From: the human T2T-CHM13v2.0 reference genome, Homo sapiens
Length of the DNA stretch: 64,000 nucleotides
Assembly: GCF_009914755.1 (NCBI RefSeq)
Contig: NC_060934.1
Strand: one strand, 5' to 3'
Part shown: piece by piece, positions 1 through 14,146 of the stretch
Layout: the number at the start of each line of letters is the position of its first letter
How positions within the stretch are numbered: the first letter of the stretch is position 1
The notes under the pieces: model-generated
Database searches by the model: none
The model's input: the letters and a program-made list of their open reading frames with translations, nothing else
What the model was told of the DNA's origin: nothing
Position numbers and translations under genes: made by a program

Positions 1-443
<443 letters not shown>

Positions 444-1125
444 TGATCGCTTTTTCTTAAGACTATTGGTCATTCCTTTTTTTTTATTTTTCCTGCAGAC
501 CTTATCATGATGCAGTGCTCCATCCTAAAATGCTCTCTCCCATACCTATGCAGCAAATGTTACGTTTTGATTATTTCCCTTTGCAGTGAATATTGCCAGA
601 CCCTCAGAGATCATCTGCATGTTTGGCGGTGTGAGCAGAGGTTGCCACCACTGTTCTTTTTGCCCTAACTGTTCTGAGTCAGCTGATAGGAATTCTGATT
701 CTATGCTCTTTTGCCAAGATGGGAAGCTGGTTTGGAAGACTTTTGGATCTATACATCCCAGAATATTTCTTCCCTATTTATGTATATCAGTCATTTTATT
801 TCCTACTAAGAATTATTTGTATCATTCAGAGTTGCCAAGCACAGAACATAACTGTGAAATCCCAAGGTTTCTGGAAATTTTTCAGATAGGAAAGGGGGAC
901 AAAATGAACCAGGCAGCCAAATTTCACTCTTTGCTCTTTGAAAAGCAAGAATGTTTCTGCCCTCTTTGCTTCTTTTTCCTCTCTTGCAGCCCTTTCTTCT
1001 ATCTCTAACCTGTTGATGTTTCATAGAGTATGATTTTTCTCTGATAAGCATACTCATGACCAGGGCACTGGTTGAAAGAGTAAGGTCTTAACAAACTGAG
1101 TCCTCCAATGCAGCACAGAAAGTTA

Positions 1126-1211
1126 TCACAAACACACACACACACACGTGCACATACACACATATACACATGTGTGTTTATGTGTATATATGTGTTTGTG
1201 TGTGTGTGTAT
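1126..1211. repeat. (CA)n followed by (TG)n imperfect microsatellite
   Basis: acacacacacac...catatacacatgtgtg...gtgtgtgtgta. Confidence 0.85.
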
Positions 1212-1419
1212 AAGAGAGAAAAGGAGAGTGAGAGGTGAAGAACATGATTTAGCTGGAGTTGAATGTTCCTCTGGCAAAAGCAGAACTTAGTGAAGACTCT
1301 TTCTCTCCTATGCTTATTCAACTCTGGACTTCACTTAAACTGAAGAAATCATCATTAACTTAGTTTTTTATTCTCCACACACTGGCAAAGTCCTTAGTAA
1401 GTATCAGACACTGCCCAAG

Positions 1420-2400
1420 ACCCAAGAGCTGCACCGCTGAATAAGCGAGGTCTCGAATCTGGTAGAACTTCCATTAGAGGGGAGAAAGATGAACAGCACA
1501 CACAAATAAAACCTTTCATAGCAGAAAGGGAGAGGCAGTGTGATGAAAACACCACAGAGTGATGGGACGATGAAGATTCCAAGGCTACGTTAGATTATAT
1601 GGCTAGGAGGGGCCTCTCTGAGGAAGCCGCAGATAAGCCGAGATGTGGCTGACATGAGGAAACCAGCCGTGTGCAAAAATGGAATGAAGTCATTTAAGGA
1701 AGAACAAACACCTGCAACTGCCCTGAAACAGGAACAAGCTAGAGTTGTTTGAGATACATCAAGAAGCCCTGTGTGAATGGGGTAGGGTGGATGCTAAGCT
1801 AGCTGGCAGGTGGTGGTGAGGGGGCCCTTTAGGTCAGGGTAGGTAGAATTCCTTGAGAGGATACAGGAAGAGAGTGAAACCACCGGGTTAAGGTTTTCCA
1901 TAGCTCACCCCAGCTGCTGTATGGAGAACACAGAACAGAGAAGAAAGGCCGCATGGAAAGCCAGTGCCGTGGTGCAAGCATGATGCTGTGATGGAAAGAA
2001 CGACGGAGGGAGGTAGCAGGATGTGAGCTGGGTTTTGGAAGCTCCCAACTTAGGGTCTTTCACTTCAGTAACTGTAGACATTGATACATTTACTGGAATG
2101 AGAAGGCAGAGGGGAAATAGAATTCTGTTTGGGATATGTCAAGTGTAAGACGCCCATCAATATCTGGATCGATACCCCAAGTAGGCAATTGGATGAAAGT
2201 GTTTGCAGGCAGGTCAGGAGTAGAGAGAGAAATCTGAGAGTCACAAAATTCTGGAGTATTTAAAGCTTTAGAATCAGAATCAAAAATGGTAAGTGGAGAA
2301 AAGCAGGGATTCCAGATCCAAGTCCTGGGTGCACCAGCATTGACAGTGGGGGCAGGAGGTTGGTGTTGAGAGCCAAACAGAGCTCGGTAACACTGTGAGC
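1420..2400 (-). mobile_element. Ancient L2 LINE fragment
   Basis: Antisense L2 3' motifs (ggcctctctgaggaag; ttctgtttgggatatgtcaagtg); boundaries approximate. Confidence 0.65.
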
Positions 2401-2808
2401 TGTCAAGAATGTCCACTCGTCTAGCTCACCAGCCAGCTTTATTCATGTCATTGTCCTTCTGCCAATCCTAACATCAATGAGATGTAATGGCGGTGATAAA
2501 TATGGATGTATTCATGTCTCTTTGTGCAGAAAGCAGAGATTGTTGCAGCATAATATTTTTAAAAAGGAGTAGGTACCAAACATTTTATCACATTTCTCTC
2601 TAAACTATTTTTTTTCTGCCTGGTGGAGAGTAGGCTTTTGTTTGTCAGTTTGTTTTGTTTTTCAGGAAGGTACTGCAGGCACCTAATTAGAGGAGACGGT
2701 GATACGTTTACAAAGTATTAATGGAGCTGTCTTTTCCCGCCTTACCGTGAACAAGCACTTTTTCTTGTACTTAAGTTTAAAATGTCTTTCTAGGAATAGA
2801 ACAATTGC

Positions 2809-2946
2809 AAACACTGCAAAGTGCGAGTAGGAGGGAGGGGATGGTGAGGAGGGGGAGGCTGCCTGGACTCCAGGGAGTAAACACTGCAAAATGGGAGTGG
2901 GAGGGAGGGGATGGTGAGGAGGGGAGGCTGTCTGGACCCCAGGGAG
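2809..2946 (+). repeat. 70-bp tandem duplication, G-rich
   Basis: aaacactgcaaa...gagggaggggatggtgaggagggg...agggag starts at 2809 and at 2879. Confidence 0.9.
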
Positions 2947-5552
2947 GTGTCATGGACCCTGTACCATTTAATCCATCCCTCTCTCATTTCCTATTTAAAA
3001 TACTAAGAATGAGTAAAACATACAGGAGAAATTTAGAGAAAAGAGAGTGGAAAACTTTAATTTTTAGAGTTGTCAATGAAAACATGTCTTCTTTTCTAAG
3101 GGACAAGAAAGAAATCAATCCTGGGTCATTGAGCTGGAATTTAAACAGAGCCTCAGACTACATGGATTGTTCTAGATAGCATAGCCTGTTAACTTCATTC
3201 CAAAATGATCATTTGGTTAAAAACACTTATGAAAACAATTTTTGGTGGCCTTGGCCTCAGGACTGATTGGCTCACTCCAGAAAATCCAGCAGGTTAAACA
3301 TGTAAATCAGCCTTGGGGAGGTGTTAGGAAGCAAAAACTCCAAGCCTGGTACCTATGTGGATGGCGGTTTATGGGTTTAGGACATGCTTTGAGATGAATG
3401 TGTTGGATTCTTAGACCCAACTCTTTTGATCGCTGATTTTTTGATGGAGAATATTGCGTCTTCCTAGCTAGCTTGATAAGTGTGGGGATGTCACGTCTCC
3501 TTAGCAATCCAAGTTATATGGAATAATCTAGAACAATTTAAAATGCTGCCTCATTTTTCCTGTAAGCAAAATTTATTCTTCAATAATAAGTACAGGTGGT
3601 TTTTGCCGGTTGATTAATTCCTTGGTCTTTACTCAGGGTAAGTACTGAGGGAGGAGGATTGTGTAGGTGGGATTGGGCCATGGTGTGAGTGTGGATGTTC
3701 TGAGGGCGGGAGAGTATCTCTGATTTGGAGCCTTTGCCAGTTTCCATAATGGAAGACTCCAACCACGGCCAATTTCAGGCTCTCGATATCCTGTGTTCCA
3801 TGTAAAAGCTTCATGGGTCAGAAATGTCAACATTCAGCCTTCGAAAGCCAGTAGGACACAGGGCAGAGGTAGCTGGTAGGGGCCAGAACTGGGTAGATGG
3901 GAGTCGTCATCAAAGAAATGATGACCCGACCTCACATGCCTAGTAGGTCAAGAACATTTCATTGAACAAAATCTAATGGTGCCTCGTTTTCTTTCAAAAG
4001 CAGCGTTTGCATAATAACTGGTGCGCTCATGAATGCCCATTGGAAGACTGGGGAGAAAATGTAAACCCACAGGAAAAAGCATGTTTAGATGTGAAAGAAA
4101 GGCTAGTTTTTTTTTTTTCTTTAAAGCCAATTGAGTATAAAAGCGGTTGATAACTCCTAGAGTAACTGTTTGTAGTCCTTGCATTTAGAGATGGGCCACC
4201 GCTGTGCCCTTTCTCTAGCTGGAGATAATTACAACACAGTCTCACCATTCCTCCCTTCAGAAAATGATTATAATAAAATATCAAACCTGGAGGAAGCTCA
4301 GAGTCTTCAGAGATTTTCCATAACCTGTGCCTTCAGGACACAAAAACCTACATGGCCAGACAACCAGAAACAGGACTTATTTTGAAAGATTTTTCAAAGA
4401 TTCACCCACTCTGTCCAGTTTTAAATGTAAAACCACATTCATAGGCAGGAAATCCTTTCCTGTATCTAACCGTGGTGTCTCATTTTTTGTGTGTTTAATT
4501 AATTCCCTTTGTCTCTTTTCTAAATGAGGGAATTATCCTCCCATCCCTAAGTATAATTAAAGATACTGAGAAACCCTATTACTTCAGATCCCACTAATTC
4601 ACAAATTGTGATAATTCCAACAAGGCCTGGACTGCAAAAATAATTAGATAAGCAAATAAATGGGGTAAACAAGCCTGTAGGTCACCTTAGAGGCCTTCAC
4701 TCTATACCTGCCTTCCAGTGAAGAGCTGCCTGGACCCTTTGCTGGGGAAGTGCTGTCTGGACAGACTCACCCCTTTACCAGCTCTTTTGCCATTGAAGAG
4801 AAAGGCTGTTTAGAGACCTCTGGAGATCCCTCTTTGGGAAATCTCTTTCGGATCTTTATCCCTCCACTGCCTGTAGGAGTCTGGGTCCTCACCCTGGCTG
4901 GGCCTTCCTCTGTAGCCTTGCTTCTGCCTGGAGGAAGGCCAAAAAATCCCAGGAAGTCACTTTGTAAACAGGAGCTCTTTCCCTCCATTCATGAAAGCAA
5001 ATACCTGAGCGGCTTTACTGTGGGAGAGCTGGGGTGGGGACCTGGAGGCACTGCTGTGGGCAGTCAGTTGCATTTGTGTTCCAAAATTCAGGCCTTTGTG
5101 ATCCTGCGAGGACTTCTGTCTTTGTTACTGTTCAGCTGTATTTTGTCAGGTTCCTTCGTTCATTGAATCATTCTTCATTGACTGCCCACTCTGGTGCCTG
5201 ACCCCAAGGATATATTACATAGACAAACTATATACAGTCCTTTTAATTTCATTTAAATAAATTTTTAACAATTAAATAGTGCTCACTACTTGCGGGCACC
5301 GTGGCAAGCACATTAACAGTAATGACTCGTTTAATTTATGCTCCTCAGTGAACTCACAGAGTCGCGGAGCAAACAGCTTACAACACAGAAGATTCAGGGC
5401 GACATCCCTGAGGGAGTCAGGTGCAGTCCGGGAACATGGCGGGGCCACTCCCGCATGAGTCCTAAAGGATAATAAGGAGATTTCAGGTGAATAACTAGGG
5501 CCATTTGCAAAGCAAAATGGAAAGTTGGTGAGGCTGGAGACCTGATGTGTCC

Positions 5553-5997
5553 TGTGAAAGGAAAATACCTTGGGCCCCTTCACTAAGCTAAAAAGAAAAC
5601 TCAAGCTGGGAACTGCTCAGGGCAAACATGCCTCCCGTTGTATTCATAGCCATCCCTCTACTCACTGAGATAGATGCATATCTGATGGCTTCCTTTGCAA
5701 AGGCTTATCAGAAACTCAAAAGAATGCAACCTTTTGTCTCTCATCTACCTGTGACCTGGAAGTCCCCTCTTGGCTTCGAGTTGTCCCTGCCTTTCTGGAT
5801 GGAACCAGTGTACTTCCTACATATATTGATTGAAGTCTCATGTCTCCCTAAAGTGTCTAATACTAAGCTCTGCCCCGACCACCTTGGGCACATGTCGTCT
5901 GGAGCTCCTGAGGCTGTGCAAGGGTACACATCCTCAACCTTTGCAAAATAAGCTTTCTAAAGTAACTGAGACCTGTCTCAAATTTTCAGGGTTCACA
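5553..5997 (+). mobile_element. MER4A1-type ERV1 solo LTR
   Basis: Starts TGTGAAAGGAAAATA, ends GGGTTCACA; internal match to recalled MER4A consensus; 4-bp TSD-like gtcc/gtac. Confidence 0.85.
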
Positions 5998-6115
5998 GTA
6001 CCCATGAAGGAAACAGAGATGGTTGTCTAGGACTCCAAATGCTCATTTTGGTTTGGTTAGCTGGATGGAAAAAAGATAAGGCAGAAGCAGCAAGGGTGCA
6101 GCCAACTAGCTCTTA

Positions 6116-6491
<376 letters not shown>

Positions 6492-6499
6492 GATGGAGA

Positions 6500-6960
6500 C
6501 TGGAGACAGGGGGCTGGAGTCCAGAGAGCCCAGGAGAGGGAGGTCGAAAGTCAGATGGGGGCAGGAACTTGGGGAGGACCTGACTGTGGGGGCCTGTGCT
6601 GGTTTCTGTGATGACTTGGACTCTGGATAGAAATCGTTATGGGTTTGCGCAGGGCTGTGTGATCTGCTTTTCATTCACATTTTTTATCGTCCTGCCTGCT
6701 ATTGTGAGAGGATACTGAGGGGGCAAGGCAGAATCAAGGACACAGCCAGGAGGCAGTCACTGCTCTCTAGGTGGGAGATGACAGGGCCTGGCCTAGGGCA
6801 GGAGTGGTGAAGGGGTGGGGGTGGTGGCCAGGTGCTACACAGTCCCAATTAGTGTCAGTGGGGTTGGCTGGCAGACTTTATGTGGGATATGAGTGGTTTG
6901 ACCTGAGAAACCGGAAGGTCTGGCTTCCACCCACGTAGGTGGTCGCTGCAGGAGATGCGG
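6500..6960 (-). mobile_element. L2 fragment (resumes about 8400-8760)
   Basis: Degenerate antisense L2 motifs (gatgacagggcctggcctagggcag; tttgacctgagaaaccggaag). Confidence 0.5.
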
Positions 6961-6999
6961 GCTTGTCAATTTCCAGAGTCGCCTGTGGTTGCAGCTGCC

Positions 7000-7208
7000 T
7001 GGTGTCACCTGCTGTGTGATTCACTCCCCTTCCCCCTTCCCTGTAGGCTGGACCTGTGAGTTCTTCTCACCAACAGAATACGGCAAAAGTGACAGGACTA
7101 AATGCTTATGCATACATGACTTATGCTTATGCATAAGACTGTAGCTCATCCTGTTGGAATATTCACTCCTGCCAGCTTTGAAGAAGCAACTTCCCATGCT
7201 GTGAGCAG
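7000..7208 (+). mobile_element. MLT1 (MaLR) LTR 5' part; 3' end at about 8338-8398
   Basis: ggctggacctgtgagttcttctcaccaacagaatacggcaaaagtga, and ttgttttaagtcactaagttgg...gataac after the L1. Confidence 0.6.
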
Positions 7209-8325
7209 CCATTATGGAAAACAGTATGGAAGTTCCTCAAAAAACTTAAAGTAGAACTACCATACGACTGACCAGTCTATCTACTGGGTATATACCCAAA
7301 GGAACTGGAATCAACATGTCAGAGAAATATCTGCACTCACATGCGCCATTATTCACATCAGCCAAGACATGGAATCGACCTAAGTGTCCAGCAAAGGATG
7401 AAAGATAAAGAAAATGTGGTGCATAGACACAAAGGAATATTATTCAGCCCTGAAAAGGAAGGAAATGCTGTCATTTGTGACAACATGAACAAACCTAGAG
7501 GACATTATGCTAATTGACATATGCTATGTGAATTAAAAATTATGCTAAGTGAAATAAGCCAGGCCCAGAATGGTAAATACCACTCAATCTCACTGGTATG
7601 TGGAATCTAAAAGTTGAACTCATAGAAGCAGAGAAGAGAGGCTGGTGCGGGTACAGGGAAAATTGGAGAGATGTTGGTCAAAGGGTACAATGTTTCAGCT
7701 AGACAGGAGAAATAAGTTAAAGATCTATTGTGCATTATGGTAACTATAGTTAATAACAATATTTTGTATGCTCGAAAATTTCTGTTAAAAGAAAAACTTT
7801 AGCCAAATTAAATTTAACCCAGTTTAGTTGAGCAAAGAACAATTCACAAATTGGGCAGCCTCCCAAGACAGAGGAGGCTCAAAGACTCCAGCGCAGCCAT
7901 GGGGTGGAAGATTTATGGAGAGAAAACAGAAAGGAAGTGAGGTACACAAACAGCTGCATTGGTTACAGCATGGCATTTGCCTCCGTTGCACATGGTTTGA
8001 ACAGTTGGCCCCCTTTGCTTGGCAAAAGCTCAGTGATTGGCACAAGAGTAGGCTACAGTCTGTTTACATCTCCATTTAGGTTTTAGTTCACTACGTACAG
8101 AGAAACCTTTAGGCCAAACTTAAAATATGGAAGGAGACAGCTTTAGACTAAACTTGATTTAACATTGCTAAGAAGGTGGGTTTTAGGCATTCTCACCACA
8201 CATTATATGAGGTAATGCACATGTTAATAGCTTGACTTAGTTATCACTCAGTGTACACATATGTGAAAACATCACATAATACACCATAGATATAGAGAAT
8301 TTTTACTTGTCAATTAAAAATAAAC
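7206..8325 (+). mobile_element. L1MA-type 3' fragment interrupted by MER57
   Basis: ORF2 end and 3'UTR (cagccattatggaaaacagtatgg...tgtcaattaaaaataaa). Confidence 0.85.
7783..8164 (-). mobile_element. MER57-family ERV1 solo LTR
   Basis: Minus strand begins TGTTAAATCAAGTTTAG; TG...CA termini; TSD-like tttc/ttgc. Confidence 0.8.
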
Positions 8326-8901
8326 AAAACAAAAGCACATTGTTTTAAGTCACTAAGTTGGTATTAATATTGTTATGAAGTGATGGATAACAAAGATGTC
8401 AGGAGAAAGACTGATTTTGTCTTGAACAGATCGAGTGTGAGCCACAAGAGATTCAAGCAGAAATGCAAGTAGGCGAATGGATGTAGGGATCTGGGCTTCA
8501 GGAGAGAGGTCTGAGCCGGCTGTATCCCTGTGGGTTCAGCAGCTGTGGAGGCACTAAAAGCCATGAGAATGCATGAGACCACCAGGAAAAAGAGATAAGA
8601 GATCTGGGGTGTTGTCCTAAGACCTTAGAGACCGGAGGAGGCCCCAGTGGGATTGGAGAAGGAAAATCCCATGTGGCAGGAGGAAAACCAGGAGGGTGGC
8701 TGCATCGGAAGCAATGGGAGGAATGGGATTTGGGGGGAAAGAGTCATCAACTCTGCCCAGCACTGCTCATAGGTCCAGGAAGAAAGGGCACCATGTCTAG
8801 GGCTCTCCATCCCTCAGTGCCACTCGCCACCCACCCCACAGTCCTGCTACAGACCTCTCATCACTCAGACCTGGAACTCCTCATGACCTCCATCTCAAAC
8901 C

Positions 8902-9089
8902 TTCTCTTTTCTTTTCTTTGCTCTTTTCTTTTTTTTCTTTTCTCTTCTCTTCTTTTCTCATCTCTTCTCCTTTCTTTCTTCCTTCCTTCCTTCCTTCCTT
9001 CCTTCCTTCCTTCCTTTCTTTCTTTCTTTCTTTTTCTTTCTTTCTTTTTTTTTCTTTCCTTTCTTTCTTTCCTTTCTTTCTTTCTTTCT
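8902..9089. repeat. Polypyrimidine (TTTC)n/(TTCC)n tract, expanded Alu tail
   Basis: About 190 nt almost entirely C/T, directly before an antisense Alu. Confidence 0.9.
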
Positions 9090-9360
9090 TGACGGAGTCT
9101 TGCTCTGTAGCCCAGGCTGGAGTGCAGTGGCACGATCTCAGCTCACTGCAGTCTCAACCTACTGGGGTCCCACCTCAGCCTCCTGAGCAGCTGGGATCAC
9201 AGGTGTGCACCACCACTCTCTGCTAATTTTGAAAAGTTTTTGTAGAAATGGGGTCTTACTATGTTGCCCAGGCTGGTCTCAGACCCCTGGGATCAAGTGA
9301 TCTTCCCTCCTTGGTCTCTTAAAGTGCCAGGATTATAGGGGTGAGCCACCACACCCAGCC
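9090..9360 (-). mobile_element. AluJ
   Basis: Antisense Alu with J features (ctcactgcagtctcaacct; tatgttgcccaggctgg). Confidence 0.9.
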
Positions 9361-9530
9361 TCTTTTCTACACTTGCCTTCCTCCATCTCTAGCCCCTTTC
9401 CTCAGCACACCTGTCCTGCTGATCCTCAGACACGTTGACACCTACTAACACTGAACTGGCGTCTTTCTACTGCACCTTGCTCTCAGTTTCCCCTTGTCCA
9501 GCTGGAGTCATCTGTGTCTGTCTTCTGTCC

Positions 9531-9818
9531 CAGCATCTGTGTGGGTACACAGCTCCTGCCTCTGGGAAAGGCCAGGCCAAGTGTGCATCCCACCCCAGCC
9601 CCACACCTTCCACAGATGGGGCCGCAGCATCCATGTGTGTGCACAGCTCCTGCCTCTGGGAAAGGCCAGGCACAGAGTGCTTTCCACCCCAGCCCCTCAC
9701 CTTCCACGGATGGGGCCGCAGCATCCGTGTGTGTGCACAGCTCCTGCCTCTGGGAAAGGCCAGGCACAGAGTGCTTTCCACCCCAGCCCCTCACCTTCCA
9801 CGTATGGGGCCGCAGCAT
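9531..9818 (+). repeat. 94-bp minisatellite, 3 copies
   Basis: cagcat recurs at 9531, 9625, 9719 and 9813; units share cacagctcctgcctctgggaaaggccaggc. Confidence 0.95.
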
Positions 9819-9992
9819 TGCTCCCTCTCTGCAGGGTCAGGGCATCTGACATCCTCTCCAAAAGAACACTGTGGTGTATCTTTGTGTACATTGTTGTGTA
9901 CCTTATAATTGTGTATTTAATTATACTTACACTTTGGTCAGTGGAGTAGGAGTGTTGTAAATACTTTGAATAATGGTTTTCTTTAAGAATCA

Positions 9993-10347
<355 letters not shown>

Positions 10348-11484
10348 TCAGTTCTCTTCTTTCCCATCTTGTCATTTTCTTCAGAGAACTTGTCATAATT
10401 TATAAGATGCTGGTAAATAATATAAATACGTTTGCATGTTTATTTATAGAGTCTGCACCCCCATTCGACTATAAGCTCTGTAGGTGGGGAAAGTGGCATT
10501 TTTGTCTGCTACTCTGGGCCTGGTACAGTAGGTGACACCTCGTGGATATTCCATACCTGCTTGTTGATAGAATAAGCAAGTGAATCCATGTTCTGCAGCA
10601 GTCATGAAGACCTTTGCTTGGAGATCAGCCTTCCAAAAGGGATATGGGATGAGCCAGGTGGCACTAATGACCTCCAGCTCTGCCCTGAGGCTGTTCAGAG
10701 ATCTCCTGATGGATGCTGCCGGGGCCTTTATTGAAGCACAACGAGCTTTGCATGTAGTGGCGTCTGGAGGGTGTTTCAGGATCGCTCCTTTGAGCACACG
10801 GGGTGCAGCGAGGAGACTGCGGCTTCTGCTCCTGGGATGTGGGCTCCTAGGGCTTTCCACTGGCATCAGGTGGCCACACACCGATGGTAGCACTGACCAG
10901 CATAGTCTCAGCATGAGGCAGCTGGTCCGAGGTGCAGCTTAAACCTTTCTCAAGGGAGGTGCCAAGGTGCCACCACTGCTGGAGCCCAGGAAGAAGTGTG
11001 TGAATACTTTTCAGCCATGAAATGAAGGAAATCCTGTCGATTGTGATGACACGGATGGACCCCGAGGCGACTACGGAGCAGTGAGCATCCCCAGATACCG
11101 CCCAGCCTGGGAGGAAAAGGCTCTGTGGTCTATTTGCCTTATGTCATAAATAATGCTTATGACATAAACCTCCATGCCAGGCACGGTTTTCTGAAACTGG
11201 CCTCAGTCATCCCTGTCCCACATTCTCTTCTGGAAACGCCCCCTCCCCCATCAAGACGCAGCCTTGGACCACTCACCCCTTGCATTTGGGAGGGCTCATG
11301 GCTCACAGTCATGGTGGCACGAGAGGCTGAGCTAACCCAGGCAGGTGAGAGATGCTGCAGTGTCTGCCTTGTTGACAGCACGTGAGCTGTGGGCCCTGAC
11401 GCCCCACGCAGACATCACTTGGCCTCTTGAACCGAGCCAGTGGGAGCCAAGGCCATGGAGAGGGCGCTCCCAGTGTCCCCCAGT

Positions 11485-11866
11485 GAGAGTCGGCCAGGCT
11501 GCCACGGCAACACATCACAGGCCGGGAGGCTTCAAAGATAGGAACCTGTATTCTCATAATTCTGGAGTCTGGGAGTCCAAGATAAAGGTGTCCTCAGAGT
11601 TGCTTCCTCCGGAAGCCTCTCTCTGCAGCTTCAGACGGCCGCCTTCTTGCCATGGCCTCACAGGGTCACCCCTCTGCCTGTGTCTGTGCCCTAATCTCTC
11701 CTTCCAAAGACACCAGCCAGATGGGACTAGAGTCCACCCTAGTGACCTCACCTCACCTTAATCACCTCTTTAAAGCCCCCCGTCTCCAAACAGTCCCATT
11801 CTCAGGCACTGGGGGACAGGACGTCTGCACATGGATTTGGATTTTGGGGGACATGATGCAGCCGAG
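11485..11866 (-). mobile_element. MLT1B-like MaLR LTR
   Basis: Antisense MLT1 motifs (tctggagtctgggagtccaagataaaggtg; cttaatcacctctttaaag; ggggggacatgatgcagcc-like end). Confidence 0.75.
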
Positions 11867-12159
11867 CTGAGGTCCCAGACAATAGCAGCATCCTGCAGCC
11901 ATGAGTGAGGTGGGCAGTTTCCTGCGGAAGACTCCAGCCCTGGCCCTGGGGCCACCAGACCCTGAGGACCAGAGAGAAGTGGTCGCTCTGTGCGTGCGGG
12001 AGCTCCTGGCTACAGAACCCGTGAGCAGAACACGGTGCATGTTTGTGACCTGTAGTTCTGGGCCCCTGGATGCTGATTATTCAGCCATGGTCACTGAAAT
12101 ACCCTCAGCCTGGGAGTTCTCATATTATCTCAACTAACCTTTGCGCACATCAAGGTGCC

Positions 12160-12268
12160 TGTCTCACGGATGAGGACACTGAGACACACAGGATTAAATA
12201 AACTGCCCAAAACACACAGTTGCTAAGTGGTGACCCGGACTTGAACCCAGTCTGGCTGACTCCCGAGC
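12160..12268 (-). mobile_element. MIR
   Basis: gatgaggacactgagacacacaggattaaataaactgcccaaaacacacag...ttgaacccagtctggctgactcc. Confidence 0.75.
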
Positions 12269-12347
12269 CGTTCCCCCCGTGGAGGAGGTCTCGGACAATG
12301 CCTGACTCCCGAGCCGTTCCCCCCGTGGAGGTGGTCTCGGACAATGC
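12256..12347 (+). repeat. 46-bp tandem duplication
   Basis: ctgactcccgagccgttccccccgtggaggWggtctcggacaatgc twice, one mismatch. Confidence 0.95.
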
Positions 12348-13875
12348 ACAGAGACTCGGTGTGGAAGACCCGCGCCATTCCCACAGGCGTGTCCTGCTCT
12401 TTTCGGGACTGGCTGCAGAAGAGTCCCTGCCTGCAGCTCACCCAGCTCAGAGGATGCTGGTGAGGCCACGCCTCTGGCTGTTCCAGGCAGACCCAGCACC
12501 CATGTCAGGAGCAGCCAGTGTCTCCCCAGGACGGCAGATGGAGGCAAACCCTGGTGTCTGAGTGGCTTCAAATAGCTGTACACCTGGAAGCCTCAAAGTG
12601 CAGGGAACACGGCAGATGGGGGCAGGTGGATGCCCAGGAAGCCTCACCACAGTCACCTGGCTTATTTGCCCCGGCCGGGCCATTCACAAGGCTTGCTGCT
12701 GAAAAGGAGTAGGTAGGCTCTGCCCACCCAGCTTTGCACTGCAGGCCTGGCTCCAACCCACACAGGTAGGCAGCCTGGCAGAGGGGAAAAGCCAGCTCAG
12801 TCACTCTTAACCGCACTTGCCTGCTGGCTGCTGCTTCTTTTTCTTTTTCTTTTTTAAGAGAAATTGATTAAGCATTTTTCCTTTTTTCCCTGTTTCTGAA
12901 ATATATTTGGAGGATACACTATTTCTATTCTGATACTCTCTCCTTAGAGGAAAAAAAAAGTTATTTTTCACCTATTGATGCAGCAAAACGGAACCAGAAG
13001 CAGGAGTTCCAAGCCAGCCGTGCCTTTCTCTCCACTTCCTTCCCTGGGTGCAACCACAGCGGCGTGGTAGTGACTGTGGATAGTAAGTTCCTGCATTGTG
13101 GCTCTTCTGCCCCGCGTCGAGGGCTGAGCTCCCTGCTCTGCCGATGTGCTTTGCCTCCTGGAAGCTTCAGACATGGAAGCCATGTTCTGCCAGACCAGGA
13201 GAAACCCCACTTTCATCCCACGTCTCTGGTTATCAGAGCATCAAATCCAAGTTTGACCTACATTACAGGGCAAGTCGGTCATGAGCACACACTGGACCAT
13301 GACAAATTGATTGTCGTGACTTTATTGATGTCAAGGGGGATACAGTGCCACGATTAATAATTTACCCAACAGAGAAAAGCTTTTCTTGTCTCTGTGATGC
13401 CGGAGAGCCCAAGGTTTGATTGTTCCAAGTCCGAGCACTAAGGAGGGAGGTGCTCACACTTACAGCTCAGGTGAAAATCCACAGCAGAAGATTCCTGGTA
13501 GCCTCCTCTCTGCGTGCCCACAAGTCGTCGAGGCAGAAAGTGAAGTTTGTTCTCTTATAACAAACCATTTGGACAGACACTTGGTTTTTCTGTTCTCAGA
13601 ATTTTTTCTGCTCTACCCAAACTAGGGGTTGGCGTTGCATAGGTACCATGGGCACTTGGGGAATGCCTGTTTCGTTTCATTACATTGAGCGGTGATAAGA
13701 AGATTCAGACACTAATTGGCATTTTCCCCTAAATCTCCATGGAAATGCAGTCTCTATTCCAGGGCACCATGTACTGCGAGGACTTTATACTCGCCCTCCG
13801 AGTGAAAGGAGAATGAAGGAATGAATACAGAGGTGGACAGAGTCATTTCTGTCCCATAACTGCATATTGTGGACA

Positions 13876-14146
13876 TTTTTCTTTTCTGAGATGGAGTCTC
13901 GCTCTGTCACCCAGGCTGGAGTGTGGTGGCATCATCTCAGCTCACTGGAACCTTTGCTTCCCGGGTTCAAGTGATTCTCCTGCCATGACAGGCACCCACC
14001 ACCATGCCCGGCTAATTTTTGTATTTTTAGTAGAGACGAGGTTTCACCGTGTTGGCCAGACTGGTCTTGATCTCCTGACCTCGTGATCCACCCACCTTGG
14101 CCTCCCAAAGTGCTGGGATTACGGGCGTGAGCCACCGTGCCCAGCC
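13876..14146 (-). mobile_element. AluS with ~21-bp internal deletion
   Basis: TSD ttgtggacatttt (13867 and 14149); tcagcctcccgagtagctggg missing after 13984. Confidence 0.92.

Noticed and set aside
9531-9818. CRISPR-like periodicity (also 24557-25695)
   Set aside because: Whole units repeat with no unique spacers; eukaryotic context and no cas genes.
10444-10942. 156-aa and 120-aa overlapping ORFs
   Set aside because: No recognisable protein family; expected by chance in GC-richer DNA.
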